Position numbers and translations under genes: made by a program. DNA of 32,000 bases, taken from NCBI GenBank assembly GCA_002716355.1, contig PBAU01000002.1, forward strand, positions 1-32,000, in the 5' to 3' direction. This DNA is from a bacterium (GTDB taxonomy: Bacteria > UBP7 > UBA6624). The notes under the pieces are model-generated. The model saw only the letters and a list, made by a program, of their open reading frames with translations, did not search any database and had not been told where the DNA came from. Positions 7,525 through 14,749 of the stretch are shown piece by piece. Numbering within the stretch: the stretch's first letter is position 1; each line of letters starts with the position of its first letter.

Positions 7525-9228
7525 TTAGCCTATATTTTGATACCTGCTTAAAGGGCCCATCAAACCTCTAGAAATATCACCATGTATCAGGTGTAAAAGA
7601 ATCCAATTCGAATCTATACCCCATTCTCCTGTGTTTAACTCCTCCCATATTTCAAAAATATTATCTGAAATATCCACGGGCCCCTCTGTCCCAAAAAAAG
7701 AACTTAAAATTTTTAAGCTTGCTGTTGGATACTCTTCTTCCAGCTCGCTCATGATTAAATCAGTCAAATGAAGCAAAATAGGCACGGAACAAGCATAAAT
7801 ATCCGAAACACGATACTCTTCTGGCTCCTCAAGAAGCACATCATGCATCAGTTTTGGCCAAACAAATTGATTGCCTTTACCGAACTCCCTCCATGTTGTG
7901 GCTGGATATATACATTCATACAGGTCACTATCAACTCTTTTTGCGTCCTCCCAAGAGCGATTGGTGTCTTTAAGATAATTTAACCATCTTTCAATTGCAT
8001 TTAAAGTTCCGTAAAGGATATTTTCATACTCTTCATTCCACTCGTAACTATCTTTTTCCCTTATTGGAAGATCAGTGCATTCATCATTTGTGCTTATATG
8101 TCTTTGTATCGAAAGATATATATCGTTTGTCAATCCAGGAACTCTCTTAATTTCTTTGATTTCGGAAAAAAAACCATTTTTTGAACGATAGCCAATGATT
8201 GACGCTGCTATACCAGGTGATATCTGATTGTGTTTTTCCAATCTTGCCTCATCAGCTGTATTGATGTTTATGCAGAGTCTATATATTGGAACATAAGCAT
8301 TATTCCAGGAATAATTTTGCATATTTAGTTTTTTTGGGAAACTAGGCTTTGATGACTCTGTTAACATATATCTATAGAAGTCTCCCTGGTCAAAGTGTCG
8401 GGTTTTGTATGCAGTATGTATCGCCTCCTTCACAAAGCCTCTTTCTGCCAACACCAAGCTTAGATTTTTAGTTGAATCAAAATCAGAAAGAATTTCATTG
8501 ACTTGTTGTTTGATATCATTAATTCTGTCTAAAGTTGGCGGATGCGATCTAAGGGATATTTTCATTTGTGCCTCAGGAAGGTTGGGATTTCTATCTATAA
8601 GTCGTGAATGAAAATCTGTAAAATAATGTGGATTGTATCCAGCTTTTAATGCCCAATCAGTACCGAGCCAATCCGCTCTCGCTTCTGCCACAGGGCTGTG
8701 TTCCATTTGGGCGTAAAAGCCTAATGCACCAACAAGGTCAGCCATGTCAGATGCCTGTTGATCAAAATCCCCCTCAATGAGAACTGCGAGCTGTATCAGC
8801 TGTGTTGAAAACTGTCTAGATATATTGGCAGTTACATGACCATCAGCAGTATGAGCTGCCTCATGTCCCAAAACCATTGCAACCTCATCTGTTGTTTCTG
8901 CTCCTCTCAAAAGACCGTTGTACATAAAGGTTACACCCGCACCATAATTTACAGCATTCAACACCTCCTCATTAGATATATCAAATTGATAATCTAGATT
9001 TCTAAGATCAACTGAATGCTCCGCAAGCTTGCTGCCATGATATTTAATATAAGCAACAAGGTGCGGGTTGTCAGACATGTAATTAAATTGCTTATGGCTG
9101 GTCCATGCACCATGTGCATTATCAGCTTCCATTTCCTGAATCATTCCAGTATATCCACCATTACCACAAGAAACCAATGCAAAGAGAAAACTGAATATTG
9201 TTATTTTTCGAACATCAACCTCTAACAT
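7525..9228 (-). CDS. Lipoprotein fusing an M48-family Zn-metalloprotease domain, a ComEA-like helix-hairpin-helix domain and an uncharacterised acidic C-terminal domain
   Basis: Lipobox FALVSC at aa 16-21. HEAAH (aa 122-126, nt 8851-8865) sits in an M48 context (YNGLLRGAETTDEVAMVLGHEAAHTADGH ... EARADWLGTDWALKAGYNP ... SHPPTLDRI). INTADEARLEKHNQISPGIAASIIGYRSKNGFFSEIKEIKRVPGLTNDIYLSIQRHI (aa 320-378, nt 8095-8271) matches the ComEA HhH pattern. Confidence 0.75.
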   Translation of the reverse strand: MLEVDVRKITIFSFLFALVSCGNGGYTGMIQEMEADNAHGAWTSHKQFNYMSDNPHLVAYIKYHGSKLAEHSVDLRNLDYQFDISNEEVLNAVNYGAGVTFMYNGLLRGAETTDEVAMVLGHEAAHTADGHVTANISRQFSTQLIQLAVLIEGDFDQQASDMADLVGALGFYAQMEHSPVAEARADWLGTDWALKAGYNPHYFTDFHSRLIDRNPNLPEAQMKISLRSHPPTLDRINDIKQQVNEILSDFDSTKNLSLVLAERGFVKEAIHTAYKTRHFDQGDFYRYMLTESSKPSFPKKLNMQNYSWNNAYVPIYRLCININTADEARLEKHNQISPGIAASIIGYRSKNGFFSEIKEIKRVPGLTNDIYLSIQRHISTNDECTDLPIREKDSYEWNEEYENILYGTLNAIERWLNYLKDTNRSWEDAKRVDSDLYECIYPATTWREFGKGNQFVWPKLMHDVLLEEPEEYRVSDIYACSVPILLHLTDLIMSELEEEYPTASLKILSSFFGTEGPVDISDNIFEIWEELNTGEWGIDSNWILLHLIHGDISRGLMGPLSRYQNIG

Positions 9229-9252
9229 GAGTTCCTAACTATAATCGAAAAT

Positions 9253-9675
9253 ATGAGCAGACTAAGACCCTTTCATCTAGCATTTCCAGTTCGAGACCTA
9301 AAGGAGGCAAAAAGGTTCTATGTAGATTTCTTGGGTTGTGGACTTGGCAGAAGCAGTGACAAGTGGATTGATTTTGATTTTTTTGGGCATCAGGTTGTAG
9401 CCCACCTTGTAAAAGATAAAAAAAACAAAACACAAACAAGTGCAGTAGACAGCAAGAATGTTCCGGTTGAGCATTTTGGGATCATATTAAGTATGCCTGA
9501 TTGGAAAAAATTGGCGTTAAAGCTCGAAAGCAAAGGTGTAAATTTCATCATAAAACCTTATATAAGGTTTAAAAATTTACCAGGGGAACAGGCAACAATG
9601 TTTTTCTTAGACCCTTCAGGAAATGCATTGGAGTTTAAAGCATTCAAGGATGATTCAGAAATATTTAAAACTTAG
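9253..9675 (+). CDS. VOC (glyoxalase / bleomycin-resistance / dioxygenase) family protein
   Basis: N-terminal FHLAFPVRDLKEAKRFYVDFLGC and C-terminal FFLDPSGNALEFKAF are typical beta-alpha-beta-beta-beta VOC modules. Confidence 0.75.
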   Translation: MSRLRPFHLAFPVRDLKEAKRFYVDFLGCGLGRSSDKWIDFDFFGHQVVAHLVKDKKNKTQTSAVDSKNVPVEHFGIILSMPDWKKLALKLESKGVNFIIKPYIRFKNLPGEQATMFFLDPSGNALEFKAFKDDSEIFKT

Positions 9676-10250
9676 ACAAGATCTTCTGATCTCTGAGCTT
9701 CTTTGCTTTGGGGATAACTTGAAATTATTTTTTTTAAAAAAATCTTTTGCCAATTTTTATCCGCTAGCCTTTTGGCAAAAAAATCTGCCATCTTAAATAA
9801 AATACGAGGCTTAATCTCGTTATCATCAACTGAATTAAAAACTCTTACAAGCATTAGAAATCCGGCAATCATTCTCCCTGAATCAAAATGTTCGTCAACA
9901 GAAAAAAAACAAAATGAAAAATCCATCTCGCTAACGTCCTCATTAATTATCTCCAAGTAACTATCGACAGACAAAACAACCTTTAATTCCGCAAGAAGAG
10001 CCTTTTCGATATCTACAATCTCAAAACCTAAAACCTTATTGCAGGATGTTGACAAAACAGTCTTATCGTAAGCAGCTCTGTTATCTCTGTTTTTTAACAA
10101 ATCCGCACTCCATGTAACTTCACGATGTTTCAAGTTCCCTGGTCCATAACCATCATCTTCAACTTTTTCAATAGCTAGAAATCTTGCCTTTTCAACCTCC
10201 ATTGAGGTTGCAAATGGGCTGATGTTCAAACACTTATATGGATCTGTCAT
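9672..10250 (-). CDS. Hypothetical protein with a degenerate J-domain-like N-terminus (no HPD motif)
   Basis: DPYKCLNISPFATSMEVEKARFLAIEK ... LLKNRDNRAAYDK resembles J-domain helices I-II and IV, but the HPD tripeptide is absent. The rest is unrecognised. Confidence 0.35.
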   Translation of the reverse strand: MTDPYKCLNISPFATSMEVEKARFLAIEKVEDDGYGPGNLKHREVTWSADLLKNRDNRAAYDKTVLSTSCNKVLGFEIVDIEKALLAELKVVLSVDSYLEIINEDVSEMDFSFCFFSVDEHFDSGRMIAGFLMLVRVFNSVDDNEIKPRILFKMADFFAKRLADKNWQKIFLKKIISSYPQSKEAQRSEDLV

Positions 10251-10273
10251 TAATCAAAGAAAGCATTCTATGG

Positions 10274-10912
10274 TTATTTGTTCTTTTTTTTCCTATATTC
10301 AACAACAAAACTATTTAAATCTGCAAACGCCCTTACCGGACTTGAAGATTTAAGAACAGCGGAGGAAACTGCGATTCTTAAATTTTCAATATTGCAATTC
10401 TTTAAAAAAAGATTCAAGCTAGCAATACTTAAACCACCAACAAGATATGCTGGTTTTTTAGACTTGTTGACAATTTCCTGAATCAAGCTCCAATGACTCA
10501 ATTTTGCATCCTGTTTAGTTTGGCTTTTGAAAATCGCTCCAACTCCAATCATGCTCGCATTATGACGAGCTGCAAAATCGAACTGATTCAAATTTTTAAC
10601 AGTTTTTCCTATAAGAACAGAATCGTTAAAATCAGACATTTTTTTGATTTCAGGTATTGATATGTCAGACTCCCCTACCCAGACCCCATCACAGTATTTC
10701 ATTAAATGAATTTCATTGTTTATCAAGACAATTTTGACATTTTTTTTTAACTGAATTAGAGCTCGGATTATGCTGTCTTTTGATTGGTTTGTATAAGGTC
10801 TATATTCAATGATTTCAAGGCCGTTGTCAACCATCTCTTTAATTAATGTGATATCTATTGCTTTCCTGCCCGGCCAAATCAAAAGAACATTAGTGGCAAA
10901 ATTAATATTCAT
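10274..10912 (-). CDS. thiE: Thiamine-phosphate synthase-like protein (ThiE/TMP-TENI fold)
   Basis: The pattern CDGVWVGESDISIPEIKK ... LIGKTVKN ... ASMIGVGAIFKSQTKQDAK ... PAYLVGGLS ... IAVSSAVL parallels ThiE motifs (GVHLGQ.D, iG.S, DYigvGpifpT.tK, vvaIGGI, vAvisai). The sequence is divergent. Confidence 0.6.
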   Translation of the reverse strand: MNINFATNVLLIWPGRKAIDITLIKEMVDNGLEIIEYRPYTNQSKDSIIRALIQLKKNVKIVLINNEIHLMKYCDGVWVGESDISIPEIKKMSDFNDSVLIGKTVKNLNQFDFAARHNASMIGVGAIFKSQTKQDAKLSHWSLIQEIVNKSKKPAYLVGGLSIASLNLFLKNCNIENLRIAVSSAVLKSSSPVRAFADLNSFVVEYRKKKNK

Positions 10913-11916
10913 TTTTTAGATTTAAATCTGGAGTAAACTCCTGTCAAAAATGATGTTTCTATCTCACCATTCAGCATTTTCTCAGCAACAATAGCTGGCA
11001 TGGCGCCATTATCTGTTGACAGTTTTAACGGTGGAGCAAAAAAACATAAAGAATGATCTTGAGCCAAAGATTGAAATTGTTTTCTCAATTTTTGATTTGC
11101 AGAAACCCCTCCAACTATAGCAATTCCATGATATTGCTTTAGGCTCAACTGTTTTTCAGATTGATCTAAAAGGTGATCAAAAGCTGCTTTTTGGAAGCTA
11201 GCGCAAAAATCTGCTAAATTTAATTCATCATGTTCTCTAATTTTTTTTCTCGCTTCGGTCTTCAATCCAGAAAAAGAAAATCCCGTCTTGTTGCGCATCG
11301 GCACAGTGAACCTGTAAGAAAGTTCGTCTTTTGCTTGCTCTGCATGACGTTCTATCTCAGGACCTCCAGGGAATCCTAAATTTAACATGGTGGCAACCTT
11401 GTCTAATGCTTCTCCAGCTGAATCATCTCTTGTATTGAAGATCCTCTTAAATGCTTTTGGGTAACTCCAATCTAGCAACATTGTGTGACCGCCACTTGCC
11501 AGCAAAACCAAAACAGGGAACTTTTTAGGTTTTTCATCACTGAAAAAAAGGGTAAAAACATGCCCTTCCAGATGATTGATTCCGTAAATGGGAAGGTTAA
11601 GATTTTGAGACAACCCTAATGCCCATGAGGCTCCAACAGCAAGGGAGCCAATCAGGCCAGGACCTGAGGTGACTCCAATTGCAGAAATCTCTTCAATCTC
11701 AATTCCGGCACCATCTAGGCATGACTGAAAAAGCGAATTAATTTCTCTTAAATGCTCTTGAGCTGCAATTTGCGGAACAACCCCATTAGTGTTTTGATGA
11801 ATTCCTTGTGAGCTTTTTTCAAAAGCAACAATTTCACCATTGGAAACAATTGCCAATCCGGTATCATCGCAAGAGGTTTCTATACCAAGAATATATGTAT
11901 TTTTAACAGTTGCCAC
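10909..11916 (-). CDS. tsaD: tRNA N6-adenosine threonylcarbamoyltransferase TsaD
   Basis: ILGIETSCDDTGLAIV, HLEGHVF, LLASGGHT, GEALDKVA and IVGGVSANQKLR motifs. GTG start at 11916. Confidence 0.9.
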   Translation of the reverse strand: MATVKNTYILGIETSCDDTGLAIVSNGEIVAFEKSSQGIHQNTNGVVPQIAAQEHLREINSLFQSCLDGAGIEIEEISAIGVTSGPGLIGSLAVGASWALGLSQNLNLPIYGINHLEGHVFTLFFSDEKPKKFPVLVLLASGGHTMLLDWSYPKAFKRIFNTRDDSAGEALDKVATMLNLGFPGGPEIERHAEQAKDELSYRFTVPMRNKTGFSFSGLKTEARKKIREHDELNLADFCASFQKAAFDHLLDQSEKQLSLKQYHGIAIVGGVSANQKLRKQFQSLAQDHSLCFFAPPLKLSTDNGAMPAIVAEKMLNGEIETSFLTGVYSRFKSKK

Positions 11917-12709
11917 TTTGTTTGGACCACAAAACCCTCATTGCAGATTCAAAATCTTGGCTGTTGAGTTCTTCTTCTGAAATTTTTGACATTCTGACCA
12001 ATTCAAATTCTGGCTTTGCTGTGAATTCTAGAAAAATGTAATCCGTGATCAGCTTGCCAACCTGTTTGGCAAACCAGCCTGAAATTGCCGAAACAACCTC
12101 GCCTGCTGTACCATCAATTGCATCCTCTGGAAGCTTCCAGCTTGCCAAATGCTCCTCTAAAGGCATCTGCAAAATACCTTCGGCTAGCTTAAGCCCTTCG
12201 GGAGTTGTTGCAACAATTAAACAGTCCCAAAAACTTATTGGACGATTGTTATTTTTTTCAAAATGATAAAATCTGCCACTACCAATCATTAAAACCTCAC
12301 CAAGTAAAAAACTGGCTTCGACAGACTTGATGTCTGTTAAAAGTGGCTGTACGTCCAGGTTCAGCCTGAAAGCATCGATTTGATTATCCTTGTTTGAGAT
12401 GTTTGCCATACCCTCATTTGCAGAAAACTGCAAACCTTGCCCGAATGGCGCAGCACCCTTTATAGAAATTTCCGGCATGGTGATGCTGATGTGTTGATCT
12501 TTGTAAGAAGCGTTCTTTAATGTAGCATTTGTCATCAATGAACCGGTGGCTCTCATGTATTCAAAACCAGAAATATTTACTGTATCAGCCAAGAAATAAG
12601 GAAGAGCTGCCCAGATAGAAAAAACAATCAGTACATTAAAAAGAATCCCAAAAAAATTTGAATGAAAAACGGATTTTTGATTCTTTTTCTTCCTTTTTTG
12701 TTTTGGCAT
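11903..12709 (-). CDS. Hypothetical membrane-anchored protein (basic N-terminus plus one TM helix)
   Basis: MPKQKRKKKNQK is followed by the hydrophobic FFGILFNVLIVFSIWAALPYF. No recognisable catalytic motif. It is co-oriented with the upstream 525-aa envelope protein, separated from it by 25 nt. Confidence 0.45.
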   Translation of the reverse strand: MPKQKRKKKNQKSVFHSNFFGILFNVLIVFSIWAALPYFLADTVNISGFEYMRATGSLMTNATLKNASYKDQHISITMPEISIKGAAPFGQGLQFSANEGMANISNKDNQIDAFRLNLDVQPLLTDIKSVEASFLLGEVLMIGSGRFYHFEKNNNRPISFWDCLIVATTPEGLKLAEGILQMPLEEHLASWKLPEDAIDGTAGEVVSAISGWFAKQVGKLITDYIFLEFTAKPEFELVRMSKISEEELNSQDFESAMRVLWSKQSGNC

Positions 12710-12734
12710 ATATATTTATTATGCTCAGAATTGT

Positions 12735-14312
12735 CTAATTTGGGTTTTGTTTAGCTCTTTTTTCCAAGCAATCCAGTAACGAAAGGTCTTTGCACCCTGT
12801 CCAACGTGTTGGCATCTCTGACATTGATATTTTTGGGTCATCAAGAGTGCCTTTTATATCCACTGGGATTTGAAACACCTGCTTGTCGTAGTCAGACCCA
12901 GCAAAAAGAGCGAGTAGTGATTTGACCTCGGTTCCAAAAAACTGAATGATGGCATCTGACTGAGTGGCTACTTTTCCAGTTGCAAATACCCCTTTTTCAA
13001 GAGATGCGTTTAAATCTTTTGCGACTAAAACCAATGGTGGGTCTAAAAACCTCAAAAGCAGCGAGGGGGAGGTGTATGTGCCATCATTCTTTATTTCAAA
13101 AAAATTTTCAAATGAGTCTAGCTCAACATCTATATCCATTAGGCTCATTTTTGCCGGACCTTTCACCTGAATGTCTCCAACAATTGAACCATTTGTGAAC
13201 TTTAAATAACCATCAAAAACACCACGAGGCCACCAGGTAAAAATTTTAGGCAACAGCCATGAAAAATCCTGAAAGGTGATTTCAAACCCTTCATTGCCGT
13301 CAAAAACCCATTCAAAACCTTCAAAAGATTTCGAATTTTTATTCATTAACCTCCCAAAACCTTTGGCAATGTCTATTTGATGAAAGTATTCGCCTTTTTC
13401 TGGGTTCAAAACAACCAAACCATTACTGATGGAAAAATTTCCCTTTTCGCCAAAAAGAACATCAGCTAGTAAATAATTAGAATTCAACAAAATACTCCAA
13501 TCAACCCCTGTCCAATTTCCATTTAAATAATGATTGTCTGATTTCAAACCAATAAAACCACTTGGTCCAATGGGAATGCTGGCAGACCAATCACCATCAG
13601 GATAAATCGAACCAAGAACCTCAACGTCATCAAATAAATCTGAATTTAAGTCGCTCAAAACAAATCTTCCCTGTTTTTCAGCGGTTTCGCCCTCATCAAA
13701 ATGCCAATCAACATAAAGATGCCCAAATCCAGGATTTAAGCCTAAAAATAACCACCAAGGGCTTGTTTTTTCGATATTGGCCTGAAGTCCTACGGCGCGC
13801 CCTTCCCGAAACCATGCTTGAATATTCTCACCCTGCTCAAAAACAAGCTCCATAGATCCATCTTCACTCATAACATCCCAATCACCATGAAGTTGTGCGA
13901 CCAGGCTATCAGTGCCTGCTTTTGCTTGCATTTGCTCAGTTAGCTTAATGTCAATTTGACAATTATCTGATTTAATTACTGTTGACTGCATTGCAGATGC
14001 TAAATTAAATATTGAAAAATCATTCAAATCCATTTTCAACAAACAATTTTTGACTTCAATAAATTCTGAAATTGAAAAAAATGGACCAGAAATTTGAATT
14101 CGATCAGTCATAAAAAATTCCAAATCACCCAAAAACAAATTTCCACCAACACTGAATCCCCGTATTGGATTTCCCTGGATATTAAAACTCTTTCCTACGG
14201 AAAGGGTGTTTGGGATTCGAGACAGCAAATAACCTCCGCCCCAATCAAAAACATATAAAAAAAAGATAAAAAGGATAAAAATGGGAAAAAGTAATTTTTT
14301 GTTTTGTTTCAT
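12735..14312 (-). CDS. Hypothetical envelope protein, possibly AsmA-like (N-terminal TM anchor, long beta-rich body)
   Basis: I prefer the ATG at 14312 (MKQNKKLLFPIFILFIFFLYVF...) to the TTG at 14360, which would overlap the mazG start. The C-terminal IPVDIKGTLDDPKISM resembles the G-T-L-x-x-P motif near the ends of AsmA/TamB-like proteins. This is weak evidence. Confidence 0.4.
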   Translation of the reverse strand: MKQNKKLLFPIFILFIFFLYVFDWGGGYLLSRIPNTLSVGKSFNIQGNPIRGFSVGGNLFLGDLEFFMTDRIQISGPFFSISEFIEVKNCLLKMDLNDFSIFNLASAMQSTVIKSDNCQIDIKLTEQMQAKAGTDSLVAQLHGDWDVMSEDGSMELVFEQGENIQAWFREGRAVGLQANIEKTSPWWLFLGLNPGFGHLYVDWHFDEGETAEKQGRFVLSDLNSDLFDDVEVLGSIYPDGDWSASIPIGPSGFIGLKSDNHYLNGNWTGVDWSILLNSNYLLADVLFGEKGNFSISNGLVVLNPEKGEYFHQIDIAKGFGRLMNKNSKSFEGFEWVFDGNEGFEITFQDFSWLLPKIFTWWPRGVFDGYLKFTNGSIVGDIQVKGPAKMSLMDIDVELDSFENFFEIKNDGTYTSPSLLLRFLDPPLVLVAKDLNASLEKGVFATGKVATQSDAIIQFFGTEVKSLLALFAGSDYDKQVFQIPVDIKGTLDDPKISMSEMPTRWTGCKDLSLLDCLEKRAKQNPN

Positions 14313-14350
14313 TGCTTTTTTATTTTCTAACTCTAAAATAAATAATACAC

Positions 14351-14749
14351 ATGTGTACAAAAAAAGTGAAATTCGATAAAAAAAGGCCTTTTGATTCAGT
14401 TTACGAGCTCTTCACATATTTGAGAGGTCCCAAGGGTTGCCCTTGGGATAAAGAACAGGGTTTTGATGATTATTTAACATATTTAAAAGGCGAAATTCAA
14501 GAATTGGAAAATTCCGAGACAGGATCAGAAAAAATTGAAGAAAGCTTGGATGTTTTTTTTAATGCATTGATGCTTTTAATCTGTATTGATGATGAAGAGG
14601 GGGTACCAATATCAAAACAACTTTCTCTGTTGTATCAAAAATATTTTGAACGCCATCCACATGTGTTTGGAGGCGAAAAAGCATCCACGCCTGCGGATGT
14701 TGAGAAAATATGGCAACAGGTAAAAGATAAAGAGAGGACTGACAGATAA
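14351..14749 (+). CDS. mazG: MazG-family nucleoside triphosphate pyrophosphohydrolase (single-domain)
   Basis: LRGPKGCPWDKEQGFDDYLTYLKGEIQELE ... ERHPHVFG match MazG signatures. Confidence 0.85.
   Translation: MCTKKVKFDKKRPFDSVYELFTYLRGPKGCPWDKEQGFDDYLTYLKGEIQELENSETGSEKIEESLDVFFNALMLLICIDDEEGVPISKQLSLLYQKYFERHPHVFGGEKASTPADVEKIWQQVKDKERTDR

Noticed and set aside
10913-10950. TPP riboswitch controlling the thiE-like gene
   Set aside because: The thiE-like gene overlaps the tsaD stop by 4 nt, so there is no leader region to hold a riboswitch.
14313-14360. TTG at 14360 as the start of the 541-aa envelope protein
   Set aside because: It would overlap the divergent mazG start codon, and the added 16 residues precede a typical basic-plus-TM N-terminus that begins at the ATG at 14312.
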